Assembly: GCA_964431785.1 (NCBI GenBank)
Contig: CAYSKM010000001.1
Location: 4,272 to 41,563, forward strand
DNA from: an uncultured Candidatus Saccharibacteria bacterium
Lineage (GTDB): Bacteria; Patescibacteriota; Minisyncoccia; Minisyncoccales; Minisyncoccaceae
Length of the DNA: 37,292 nt
Direction: 5' to 3'
Part shown: positions 26,541-35,627 of the stretch, piece by piece
How the letters are laid out: each line of letters begins with the position of its first letter
Numbering within the stretch: the stretch's first letter is position 1
Translations under genes and position numbers: made by a program
The notes under the pieces: generated by a model
Told to the model about the DNA's origin: nothing
Database searches by the model: none
What the model saw: only the letters and a program-made list of their open reading frames with translations

Positions 26541-28655
26541 TTATTTTTTTGCTTGTTTTAATGATAAATTAATTCTACCCTGTTCGTCAATAGCAATTAC
26601 TTTTACTGGGATTGTGTCCCCTATTTTTAACACATCGGTAACTTTATTAACTCTTTTTTCATCAAGTTGAGATATGTGTACCATTCCCTCTTGACCTGGT
26701 AAAAATTCTACAAAAGCACCAAAGTCAAGAATTCTTTTAACGATTGCATTTTGGAATATTTCTCCTGGTTGAACTTCGTGAGTTATGTTTTTAATCCATT
26801 CAACAGCTCGTTCAGCTGATTCTTTTTTGTTTGATGTTATATAAACTTCTCCTGTGTCTTCAATGTCAATGGTTACTTCACAGGCATCAATAATCTCGTT
26901 TATTGTTTTTCCTCCAGGCCCAATTACTTCACCTATTTTTTCTGGATTAATTTTAATAACATATATTCTTGGAGCAAATTCAGAAATATCTTTTCTTGGA
27001 TTAGGGATAATTTCAAGCATTTTTTCAAGAATAGATTGTCTTGCTGATTTGGCTTGAAGGATTGTTTCTTTGGTTATTTTCTCGGTTAATCCTCTTACTT
27101 TTATGTCTAATTGAATGGCGGTTATGCCATTTGCACTGCCAGCAATTTTAAAATCCATGTCTCCATAATGATCTTCTTCTCCCTGTACGTCTGTAAGTAT
27201 TCTGTATTCTTTATCTTCAGTACTTTTTTCTTCATTCATTTCTAGCATAAGACCCATAGCAATACCAGAAACTGGAGCCTTAATTGGAACTCCTCCGTCC
27301 ATTAAAGCTAGACAAGCTCCGCAAGTAGAAGCCATTGAACTTGACCCATTAGAGCAAAGTACTTCTGAAACAATTCTGATGGTGTATGGAAAATCTGTGA
27401 CTGATGGAAGAATGTATTTTAGAGCTTTTTCTCCAAGCATGCCGTGGCCGATTTCTCTTCTTCCAGGACCTCTTATGGGGCCTGTTTCTCCTACTGAGTA
27501 TGGTGGGAAATTGTAATAGTGCATAAATCTTTTTTTCCCTTGTAATTCCATCTCTTCAACAATTCTTTGATCTCCTGGAGCTCCTAAAGTTAAGAACGAA
27601 AGAACTTTTGTCTGTCCTCTGCAAAAAATACCTGTCCCATGTATTCGTTTTAAAAAGTTTACATCGCATTCAATCTTTCTTATTTGCTGGGAATTCCTAC
27701 CGTCAATACGAGTGTCTTTTTTTATTGCTGCTTCGTGCATTATTTGTTCTATTTCTATTTCAAGGATTCTTTTAGCTAGTTTGACTTCCTCTTCTGATTC
27801 AAACTGCTTTATGTGTTCGTTGAATTCTTCTTTGATTTTATCGAATGTCTTATCGCTAAAGATTGCTTCTTCAAGTTTTCCTTTAAGGTAATCTTTTATA
27901 CTCTTTTCTAATTCTTCGTTTTTAATTGTAGGCTTTATGTGTATTTTTTCTTTTCCAATTTTGGACACGATTTCTTCTTGGAAAGAGATTATTTTTTCAG
28001 CTATATCTTTTACTGAAAAGATTATTTCTCCGGCTTTTTCTTCAGAGACTTCTTTCATGCCGGCTTCAATCATGTTTATTAATATTTCTTTTTTTGATTC
28101 TGACTTCAAGAAAGAAACCGTCATGTCAACTTTAGATTCTTCGGTCTCGTCATGCTCTGGGAAAATAGTTATGTTTCCATTTTTTTCGCCAAATTTAATT
28201 GGTGCCAGTGGGCCATTCCACGGAATGTCGGAAGCTGATAAAACAATAGAAGCCGCAAGAAGGCTTAGTATTGCAGGATCAATGCTTTTATCCCATGATA
28301 AGCAGGTTGTTATAACTTGTACTTCCCTATTTAATCCTTTTGGGAATAGTGGTCTGATGGCTCGGTCAATGAGTCTTGAGTTTAATGTGCATTGTTCGGT
28401 TGGCCTTCCTTCTCTTCTTTGAAATCTTGAGCCGAGTATCTTACCTATTGCATAGTATTTTTCTTCATATAACGTTGTCAACGGAAAAAAATCGAGACCC
28501 TCGATTTCTTTCTTTGACATCGCACAATGAGCCATTATGCAGGTGTCGTTATATTTTACGAAAACCGAACCATTTGCTCTTTCGGCAAGATCTCTGAATT
28601 CAACTTCTATGGTCTTGTTTTCATCTATTTTTAATTGGAATGATTCGATTTTCAT
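26541..28655 (-). CDS. pnp: Polyribonucleotide nucleotidyltransferase (PNPase)
   Basis: FFPLT, RLIDRAIRPLF, RIDGR, RREIGHG, SNGSSSMAS, GDMDFK; KH (VIGPGGKTI) and S1 domains; follows rpsO. Confidence 0.97.
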   Translation of the reverse strand: MKIESFQLKIDENKTIEVEFRDLAERANGSVFVKYNDTCIMAHCAMSKKEIEGLDFFPLTTLYEEKYYAIGKILGSRFQRREGRPTEQCTLNSRLIDRAIRPLFPKGLNREVQVITTCLSWDKSIDPAILSLLAASIVLSASDIPWNGPLAPIKFGEKNGNITIFPEHDETEESKVDMTVSFLKSESKKEILINMIEAGMKEVSEEKAGEIIFSVKDIAEKIISFQEEIVSKIGKEKIHIKPTIKNEELEKSIKDYLKGKLEEAIFSDKTFDKIKEEFNEHIKQFESEEEVKLAKRILEIEIEQIMHEAAIKKDTRIDGRNSQQIRKIECDVNFLKRIHGTGIFCRGQTKVLSFLTLGAPGDQRIVEEMELQGKKRFMHYYNFPPYSVGETGPIRGPGRREIGHGMLGEKALKYILPSVTDFPYTIRIVSEVLCSNGSSSMASTCGACLALMDGGVPIKAPVSGIAMGLMLEMNEEKSTEDKEYRILTDVQGEEDHYGDMDFKIAGSANGITAIQLDIKVRGLTEKITKETILQAKSARQSILEKMLEIIPNPRKDISEFAPRIYVIKINPEKIGEVIGPGGKTINEIIDACEVTIDIEDTGEVYITSNKKESAERAVEWIKNITHEVQPGEIFQNAIVKRILDFGAFVEFLPGQEGMVHISQLDEKRVNKVTDVLKIGDTIPVKVIAIDEQGRINLSLKQAKK

Positions 28656-28666
28656 AAATATATTAA

Positions 28667-28942
28667 TTAAATGGTTTGAACCTTTAAGCCAACTTTTTTT
28701 GCAACCTCAATATATTTTTCTTCGTTGGTTCTTTGTAGGTATTTCAAAAGTTTTCTTCTTTTTGAAACCATTTTAAGCAATCCTTTTTTTGAATGAACGT
28801 CTTTTTTATGGATTTTTAGATGATTTAGCAATTTGTCAATTTCTTCTGAAATGATAGCAATTTGAACTTCTGCTGACCCTGTATCTGTTTCGTGGGTCTT
28901 AAATTCATCTATTATTTTTAATTTATCTTTTGCTGATATCAT
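28667..28942 (-). CDS. rpsO: 30S ribosomal protein S15
   Basis: HETDTGSAEVQIA...HKKDVHSKKGLLKMVSKRRKLLKYL. Confidence 0.97.
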   Translation of the reverse strand: MISAKDKLKIIDEFKTHETDTGSAEVQIAIISEEIDKLLNHLKIHKKDVHSKKGLLKMVSKRRKLLKYLQRTNEEKYIEVAKKVGLKVQTI

Positions 28943-28959
28943 GATTTTATTTTATACTT

Positions 28960-29003
28960 AATATTTCCTGATAGTTAGTTAGGGCTTTATCAGGACATTA
29001 GCC
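28960..29003 (-). promoter_or_regulatory. Hairpin in the rpsO leader (possible S15 operator or processing/termination signal)
   Basis: 8-bp perfect stem TCCTGATA/TATCAGGA (28966-28973/28988-28995), extendable, about 23 nt upstream of the ATG. Confidence 0.45.
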
Positions 29004-29032
29004 AAAACTATAATTAATTATTGACTAAATTG

Positions 29033-29105
29033 TGCCTCGTGGGGGACTCGAACCCTCGACCTTGAAGTTAAGAGCTTCCTGCTCTACCAACTGAGCTAAC
29101 GAGGC
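29033..29105 (-). tRNA. tRNA-Lys (CTT)
   Basis: GCCTCGT/ACGAGGC acceptor stem, D arm, CT-CTT-AA anticodon loop, GGTTCGAGTCC T arm; CCA not encoded. Confidence 0.95.
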
Positions 29106-29110
29106 TTTTA

Positions 29111-29548
29111 TTAACCGAAGAAGAACAATACCCAATCTTCTGCTCCAAGAAGCCTTAAAAATGATTCTACTAATATTGGTGAAGTAAGAACAATAATAAT
29201 GCCGATTACTCCATACCAAAGCATTCTTTTTGCTTCATTGAATTTTTCAGGAGCTCCTTGTGCGAGTATCATTTTATATCCCGCAAAACAGAACCATAAT
29301 AGTGATATCCATGTAACTAACGGGCCAAAAATATAGTCAAGCACTTGCCTGATTAAACAGAATATATCATCAAATGTGCAAGAGTCTGTAGGAGGGTTGT
29401 TGCCACAACAAACTAATGCTGTGCAACTTTCCCATTTGCTACAATCTGGAGCATCAATTGCTGAGGTAATACTTGGGAAAAAAAGAATTGATATTAAAAA
29501 AAAAGATACAAAAAGCAAGAGTAGATTTTTTTTGTTAATATTTTTCAT
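29111..29548 (-). CDS. Small VirB2/TrbC-like pilin with Cys-rich N-terminal head
   Basis: Signal peptide, CSKWESCTALVCCG..CTFDDIFC, AGYKMILAQGAPEKFNEAKRMLWYGVIGIIIVL. Confidence 0.8.
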   Translation of the reverse strand: MKNINKKNLLLLFVSFFLISILFFPSITSAIDAPDCSKWESCTALVCCGNNPPTDSCTFDDIFCLIRQVLDYIFGPLVTWISLLWFCFAGYKMILAQGAPEKFNEAKRMLWYGVIGIIIVLTSPILVESFLRLLGAEDWVLFFFG

Positions 29549-29630
29549 GTTTTCCTGTTTGAATTATAGCATTAATTGTTTAAAAATCAATAGCTAGCTG
29601 GTAATAATTTTATGGATGATTGTTTATATG

Positions 29631-29702
29631 TGCCCCTAGGAAGAATCGAACTTCCATCTTTGGTTTCGAAGACCAGCACTCTATCCGTTGAGCTATAGGG
29701 GC
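29631..29702 (-). tRNA. tRNA-Arg (TCG)
   Basis: GCCCCTA/TAGGGGC acceptor stem, CT-TCG-AA anticodon loop, GGAAG-TTCGATT-CTTCC T arm; CCA not encoded. Confidence 0.93.
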
Positions 29703-29755
29703 AAATATTAAATAACTTAATATTTATTTTTTTGCAATACAGTATTATTCATTTT

Positions 29756-30598
29756 CTAGACTTTTTTAATCGTGTTAGCTTTATTTTTAATTATTTTTTT
29801 TGGGGTTTTTGCTCTAGTAGTTTTTTTGATAGTGTTCTTTTTTGGAGATATATCTTCTTTCTTTAAGATGGGTTTTTTTCTAGGCTTTCTTTTTATTACT
29901 TCTTTTTCCGAATCATTTTTTACGGTTTCATTTGTTGAGGATTTTCTTGATTTAATTCTGTATGGAGGCATTTCGTCTTGATCAAAAATTAATCTATTAC
30001 TAATAATTTCACAATTATTTTCAATAGGCAGAATTTCTTTAATAGGGCTTAGTCTTTTGATGGAAATGGGGATAATTGAAAGAAGAAGCAGTAAAAAAAC
30101 TCCCCAGTACTCTGGATTAGAAAAAGAAATTATTAGTCCAAGGGCGATGGCTATTATTGTTCCAATTGAAGCGGTCCACAGAATTGCAAACAATCCACTT
30201 AATATAATTAAAAGCAGGGCAAGTGATGGGAATAAGCATAGCATTGCTCCTGCTAATGTAGCTATCCCCCTTCCCCCTTGGAAATTTAATAGTGGAGACC
30301 AGTTGTGTCCAATGATAGCAGCAACACCTGTTAGTGCAACAACTAAAGACGGAGTTCCTGAATTAATAGCTATTAGGACAGCGATATATCCTTTTAATAA
30401 ATCTAAGGCAGCGGTTGTAATTCCTTGCCATTTGCCAATGTTTTTCATTACATTGCTGGCAGAATTTTTTTTCCAGCCTATTTCTAGAATGTTTTTTGAT
30501 GTAGATAGTTTTGTGATAATGTAGCCAAAGGGCAGAGAACCTAAAATAAAGCCATTTAGAATAAATAGTGTATATGCTAATAATTCTGTATTAATCAT
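29756..30598 (-). CDS. plsY: PlsY-like acyltransferase, divergent, with Lys-rich tail
   Basis: LGSLPFGY, LDLLKG, IIGHNWS, GGRGIAT; motif 1 degenerate (GWKKNSASN) and motif 3 lacks His. Confidence 0.78.
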   Translation of the reverse strand: MINTELLAYTLFILNGFILGSLPFGYIITKLSTSKNILEIGWKKNSASNVMKNIGKWQGITTAALDLLKGYIAVLIAINSGTPSLVVALTGVAAIIGHNWSPLLNFQGGRGIATLAGAMLCLFPSLALLLIILSGLFAILWTASIGTIIAIALGLIISFSNPEYWGVFLLLLLSIIPISIKRLSPIKEILPIENNCEIISNRLIFDQDEMPPYRIKSRKSSTNETVKNDSEKEVIKRKPRKKPILKKEDISPKKNTIKKTTRAKTPKKIIKNKANTIKKV

Positions 30599-31266
30599 TT
30601 AAGATATGTTTTATTTTTAATTTTTTCTAATTGTTCTTTTAATCTTTCTTTGTGTGCGTAAAGGATTAACGGTGTAGCGCTTATAGCTGATAGCGTAAGA
30701 ATGGGGGCTGTGGCACTTATCCAAAAAACACCAATTATTTCTCCGACAAGACGACCAATTACTTGATCTGAAACACTATGTTTAAGAAAATTTTTGTTAA
30801 TTTTTCTATTTGCTAGAAGTTCTCCAATTATCATTGCAGTTAATAGAATAATTACATATCCAAGAAATGCTTTTGGGCTATAAAAGAGGATTACTCCAAT
30901 AAAACAAGCAGCTCCTCTTCCTCCTTTGAAATCTTGAAATATAGAATAGTTGTGGCCTAATACTGCAAAAAATGTTGCAATTGCTAAGGAATAGATTGCA
31001 ACAGGGCCTATTTCAAGAGCAATATATGTGGCTAGTATTGCTTTTGATGCGTCAAGTAAGAAGGCAATTAAGAAATACACTATTCCTGCAATTATTCCAT
31101 ATTTTTTTCTTGATGCTCTAAAAGTATTTAATGCTCCTAGGTTTTTTGACCCAGTTTTTCTTAGGTCTATTTTGAGAATGTATTTACTAATTATTAATAC
31201 AAAAGGGATAGATCCTAGTCCATAAGCAGTGCAAGCAATTAATATATAGATTAAAATGTCTGGCAT
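30595..31266 (-). CDS. plsY: PlsY-family glycerol-3-phosphate acyltransferase paralog
   Basis: LGSIPF, DLRKTGSKNLGALNTFR, LDASKA, VLGHNYS, FKGGRGAA; ATGA overlap with the next gene. Confidence 0.88.
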   Translation of the reverse strand: MPDILIYILIACTAYGLGSIPFVLIISKYILKIDLRKTGSKNLGALNTFRASRKKYGIIAGIVYFLIAFLLDASKAILATYIALEIGPVAIYSLAIATFFAVLGHNYSIFQDFKGGRGAACFIGVILFYSPKAFLGYVIILLTAMIIGELLANRKINKNFLKHSVSDQVIGRLVGEIIGVFWISATAPILTLSAISATPLILYAHKERLKEQLEKIKNKTYLK

Positions 31267-31290
31267 GTTATAGTTTATTAGTTATTAAAA

Positions 31291-32160
31291 CTAAGTTTCG
31301 CTTAAACAGCAAATTAGGGCTCCTGGTCCAATGTGTGCTCCAATTATTGGCCCGATTGATCCAATTAGCTCAATTATTAATTCTCCAGTATATTTTTCTT
31401 CAATCATTTTTTTAAGTTTTTCTGCTTCTTCAATTGCATTACCGTGAGTTATAATAATTCTACAGCTTTTCATATCTTTGGTTAATTCTTCAAATGTTTT
31501 AAATACGGCTGTGGCTGGATCATTTGATTGTATTTTTAGTGAGGCTGGCTTAATTTCTCCTTCTTTCATGATAATAATGGGACGCATTCCTATTTTTTGC
31601 ATTTGTTCAATCATGATAGCGACAGTATGAGAAATTCTGCCACCTGCTTCAAGCCAAGCAGAGGTGCCAATGGAAGCAAATAGTTTAATTTCTTTTTTAA
31701 GTGAGTCAAGTTTTTCGATAACTTCTTCAATACTGTGTCCTTGATTAGATAATTCCCTTGCCTTAATTGCTAACATAAGCTCTGACGAGTCTGCGTGCAT
31801 GGAATCAAAGATATAGATATTGTCTTGCAATTCTTTTGCAATCATTTTTTTTGCTTGTACAGCTGAATTATATGCTCCAGATAGTTTTGAGCTAATTGAA
31901 ATATATAGAACTTTTTCCGAGTTTTTTAATGACTCCTCAAAGGCTTTTTTGTAAATACCAATTGAGGGTTGGGAAGTCTTTGGGCCATTGCCATTTATCG
32001 AGCGAGAAAGGTTACTCATTTTTTCAAGTAGATTATTGTCGTTTAGACCATCAATTCCTTCCCATGTAAGCTTGAAAGGAACAGTAATCAGGTCGTATTT
32101 TTCAAGCATTTGCTCTGTTGCTGGAGCACTACTTCCGATAATAATATTTAATGGTTTCAT
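31291..32160 (-). CDS. DegV/FakB fatty-acid-binding protein
   Basis: PKTSQPS, ISSKLSGAYNSA, GGRI, ITHG, IGAHIGPGA. Confidence 0.92.
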   Translation of the reverse strand: MKPLNIIIGSSAPATEQMLEKYDLITVPFKLTWEGIDGLNDNNLLEKMSNLSRSINGNGPKTSQPSIGIYKKAFEESLKNSEKVLYISISSKLSGAYNSAVQAKKMIAKELQDNIYIFDSMHADSSELMLAIKARELSNQGHSIEEVIEKLDSLKKEIKLFASIGTSAWLEAGGRISHTVAIMIEQMQKIGMRPIIIMKEGEIKPASLKIQSNDPATAVFKTFEELTKDMKSCRIIITHGNAIEEAEKLKKMIEEKYTGELIIELIGSIGPIIGAHIGPGALICCLSET

Positions 32161-32178
32161 GTATTTTTGTTTAATTAA

Positions 32179-33069
32179 TTAGTTTTCGTCCCATGATAAT
32201 GTTATTGCTCCTGGTCCTGCATGACCTCCAATTGCGATACATAATGCATTAATAAATGAAACATCAGTATTTGGTAAGGCTTTCAATAATTCTTTTATTT
32301 TTTCAGCTGAATTAATATCATCAGCGTGCGTTATTGCAACGGGTATTTTTTTCCCTTTTGATCTTAGGTTTTTTGTTCTGGTGTCAAATTCTTCAACAAG
32401 GGTATCTGCTAAAGCTTTTACATTTCTCTTAACGCCGATTATGGTAAGTTTTCCTTCTCTGAGTCCAAGTAATGGTTTTATTCCAGTTAATTTTTCCATT
32501 CCTGACATGGGGATAAATCTTGGAATTCTGCCACTTGCCTCTAGCCACTTTGCCTTATCATAAAAAGCAATTAATTTTATATTTTTAACCTCCTTTATTA
32601 ATCTTTTATTAATTTCAGAAAGCTTTAGCTTAGTTTCTTCAATCATTCTTGTGGCTCTTAAAATCAGTAAGCCTAATTCTCCGGTTCCTCCTTCAGAATC
32701 AAAAACAGTGATTTTGTCTTGATATTCTTTTTGTAAAAACTTAATTGCTTGCTGGGCTGAGTTATATGATCCTGATACTTTGGATGAGATTGTGAAGCAT
32801 ATTATTTCTTCATATTCTGAAAGCTTTTCTTTGTATGCTTTAAGATAATCATTAATTGAGGGCTGGGAAGTTTTTACTAGGTCCGGAATATTGTTTTTTT
32901 CTGCGTATCTTATTTTTTGATAAACATTACCTTCTATGTTTGCCATTTCTTGATAATCAACCTTATAGTTTACGACTGTAATGTTGTGTTTTTTTATGAG
33001 CTCTTCGGGTAAGTCTAGCGTTTCGTCAGAGATGATTCCAATATGTTTTTTTTGTAGTGATTTTTCCAT
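32179..33069 (-). CDS. DegV/FakB fatty-acid-binding protein
   Basis: KTSQPS, ISSKVSGSYNSA, SGRI, GIKPLL, ITHA, GGHAGPGA. Confidence 0.92.
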   Translation of the reverse strand: MEKSLQKKHIGIISDETLDLPEELIKKHNITVVNYKVDYQEMANIEGNVYQKIRYAEKNNIPDLVKTSQPSINDYLKAYKEKLSEYEEIICFTISSKVSGSYNSAQQAIKFLQKEYQDKITVFDSEGGTGELGLLILRATRMIEETKLKLSEINKRLIKEVKNIKLIAFYDKAKWLEASGRIPRFIPMSGMEKLTGIKPLLGLREGKLTIIGVKRNVKALADTLVEEFDTRTKNLRSKGKKIPVAITHADDINSAEKIKELLKALPNTDVSFINALCIAIGGHAGPGAITLSWDEN

Positions 33070-33087
33070 AATAGTTCATTATGATTG

Positions 33088-34893
33088 TTATTTAATTACC
33101 CATCCAACAATAAGGCTTTCTGGGCAAGCATTAATACTTGTAACTGGATCTGTTATGGTTACAAATGGTACTTCACTTTTAATGATATTTTTTAGTTTTG
33201 TTCTTAGTTCTTGTGCATCTTTTGGGTTGTCTCCATGAGCAATTACTGCTCTTATTTTAGCACCATTTTTTATGTCTTTTTTTGTATTCTTTTCTATTTT
33301 TTTAAATAATATTTCTGCAAAATGATCGGTTTTGATAATGTCTAAGTAGACTAGTTTTCCGTTTTTCATTTCTGCTAGTGAATAGTATTTCTTGTTTGAA
33401 TCAAACCAATTGATCTTTATGTTAGATTGATTTTTTTTCTTCCAGTTTTTATCTTCCAAAACTGCATAAACATTTATTTTTGGAATGAAGTTTTCAAGCT
33501 TTCTCACAATATCCTTAACATTTCTTAGCTCTTTTATTAATTCAAGTGCTTTTAATACTACCAAAGATTGTCCGGCGCTAATGTTTTTTGAATCAATAAC
33601 ATATACTTTTTCTTTTAAATTACTTGAAAGCATTTCCCTAGCTTTTAGTGCAGCATTGTAGTTATCGGATAGCTTTGCGCTGGAAACAATACAAAGAACT
33701 TTTTCGAATTTATTTAATTGTGACTTGAAAGATTCATAAAAGAATTCTGAAGAAATAGAAGTAATTTTTGGCTTATTTTTTATTCCTTGTTTCTCTGCTT
33801 CTTTAATTTTCTCACATATACTTGATCCTTGCAAGGCATCGCCTTCAGGCCAATTTATTTTGAAGGGAATAATATCAATGTCATAGTGATTAATAATTTT
33901 TTGACCTAGCCCAGCTCTTTCATCAATGACAATTCCAATTGAAACCTTCTCAATGGACTGCTCCCCTGCCACTTCCTTTGCCATGTCTTGAATTTTAAGG
34001 CTTTCTATATCCCCCATTTCTTTAATGATGTCTCTTACTTCGTATGGACTATCTGTATGAATATGTATTTTTGTTTTGTTACCAATTTGTATTACATCAA
34101 GACAGTTGCCAAGGTGATGTAATTTTGATCTTATTTTATCAGATTTATAGTATGTATTAGTTAATAATGACACTACCTCGTATCTATTAGACAGTATTTG
34201 AATAAATCTTTTGGTGGCCATTTGAGAATCGTTGGTGCTGGTTGAAATAATGATTTGTTCGATTGATTCGTCAAGATTGTGAATTCTTAGAATGTCAAAA
34301 TAGCTTTCTAGGATTATAAGGAAGCCAAGTCCACCAGCATCAACAACCCCAGCTGTTTTCAGGATTTCCATGTGTTCTGGAGTCTCAAGAAGGGCTTGAT
34401 TTGCTTTTTTTAGCGAATAATGAAATACTTTTACGATGTTGCTTTCTTCTTTTTCAGAGCATTTTTTAAATGAAGTAGCAAATGACTTCATTACATCAAG
34501 AATGGTGCCGTCTTTTGGATTTTGAATGGAGTCTTTGGCTCGCAGAAAGCCACCTTCAAAAGCAGTGCCAAGTTTTTTAACTGACAACGATCCTTCTCTT
34601 GGTAAATTGTCAAAAAACCCTGCGAGCCACCCTGTGTATATAATGCCGGTATTTCCTTGAGCAGCGGTTAAGGCTCCGTCCATGGCACTGTCTCCTAATT
34701 CTCCTATGCTTTCAAAATCTTTATTTTCAATTGCTTCTTTAACGCCAATAAGAGTCGCTGATAAATTACTTCCAGTATCTTGGTCAGGAACAGGAAAAAC
34801 ATTAATTTTATTAATTTGTTCTTTGTCTTTTTCAATCTTTTCGCAAGAAAAGATGATCATTTTTTGTAATTCAATTTGAGATATTTCTTCCAT
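33088..34893 (-). CDS. DAK2/FakA fatty-acid kinase fused to a degenerate DegV domain
   Basis: INKINVFPVPDQDTGSN, AQGNTG, GTILDV, GVVDAGGLG, KIHIHT; C-terminal DegV-like region. Confidence 0.9.
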   Translation of the reverse strand: MEEISQIELQKMIIFSCEKIEKDKEQINKINVFPVPDQDTGSNLSATLIGVKEAIENKDFESIGELGDSAMDGALTAAQGNTGIIYTGWLAGFFDNLPREGSLSVKKLGTAFEGGFLRAKDSIQNPKDGTILDVMKSFATSFKKCSEKEESNIVKVFHYSLKKANQALLETPEHMEILKTAGVVDAGGLGFLIILESYFDILRIHNLDESIEQIIISTSTNDSQMATKRFIQILSNRYEVVSLLTNTYYKSDKIRSKLHHLGNCLDVIQIGNKTKIHIHTDSPYEVRDIIKEMGDIESLKIQDMAKEVAGEQSIEKVSIGIVIDERAGLGQKIINHYDIDIIPFKINWPEGDALQGSSICEKIKEAEKQGIKNKPKITSISSEFFYESFKSQLNKFEKVLCIVSSAKLSDNYNAALKAREMLSSNLKEKVYVIDSKNISAGQSLVVLKALELIKELRNVKDIVRKLENFIPKINVYAVLEDKNWKKKNQSNIKINWFDSNKKYYSLAEMKNGKLVYLDIIKTDHFAEILFKKIEKNTKKDIKNGAKIRAVIAHGDNPKDAQELRTKLKNIIKSEVPFVTITDPVTSINACPESLIVGWVIK

Positions 34894-34939
34894 GTTGTTG
34901 TGTTTTAGATGGTTCAGTTTGTCTGTTAATTATGGAAAA

Positions 34940-35590
34940 TTATTTTACTTTTTCTTCAAGATCTTTTAACATTCTTGAGGCCATGTCTTTGCCTCCAATA
35001 CCAAAAGCTAATCCAAAAACAATTACAATTAGAGCGATGAAACCAATAAAAATTGTAAGAATAAGAGTTTTAACTATTTGTAGTTGGTATAAAATAGCAA
35101 GAATTGCTAGTATCCATGTACTTGTTGCTACTATGTTCCCTATTATATTGGAATAGCTCATTTTTTGCTTTTCCATTTTTACTAGTATTATTTTTTTTGA
35201 AAAGTCTGCTAAAAATACAGCAAAAATGAATATGAGAATTGATATTAGTATGTTTGGGAAGTAATTAATTACTTCTTGTAATAAGCTATTAATTTGTGAT
35301 AATTTTATAATTTCTAGAGAAATACTCAAAGCAACTAGAATAAAGAAAAACTCTATTATTGATCCAATGAATTTTGATATATCTAATTTTGTATCATAGC
35401 GATCAAAGAAATCTTCCCAGCCTAATGATTTAAGCATTTGATTAAGTCTTAATTTGTTTAAGAAATTTTTGACAATTTTCTTGATTTTTGAGCCTGTTAG
35501 CCATCCAATTAGTAAAATAAGAATTGCCCAAAAAGCTTGTAATAAACTTTCTGAAAGTATGGTTAAAAAATTTGTTATTATTTCTTGCAT
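34940..35590 (-). CDS. MscS/CmpX-like conserved TM-helix membrane protein
   Basis: AILILLIGW, YFPNIL, AILAILYQLQI, GLAFGIGGKD. Confidence 0.75.
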   Translation of the reverse strand: MQEIITNFLTILSESLLQAFWAILILLIGWLTGSKIKKIVKNFLNKLRLNQMLKSLGWEDFFDRYDTKLDISKFIGSIIEFFFILVALSISLEIIKLSQINSLLQEVINYFPNILISILIFIFAVFLADFSKKIILVKMEKQKMSYSNIIGNIVATSTWILAILAILYQLQIVKTLILTIFIGFIALIVIVFGLAFGIGGKDMASRMLKDLEEKVK

Positions 35591-35627
35591 TTTTTTATTT
35601 CTTTAAATTTTATTTATTATATAATGA

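Noticed and set aside
29025-29219. 64-aa minus-strand ORF
   Set aside because: Overlaps tRNA-Lys and the pilin gene in another frame.
30595-30598. Alternative genetic code (TGA=Gly, as in Gracilibacteria)
   Set aside because: Long ORFs are intact under code 11, TGA ends a gene in an ATGA overlap, and the rsmA break is TAA with a frame change.
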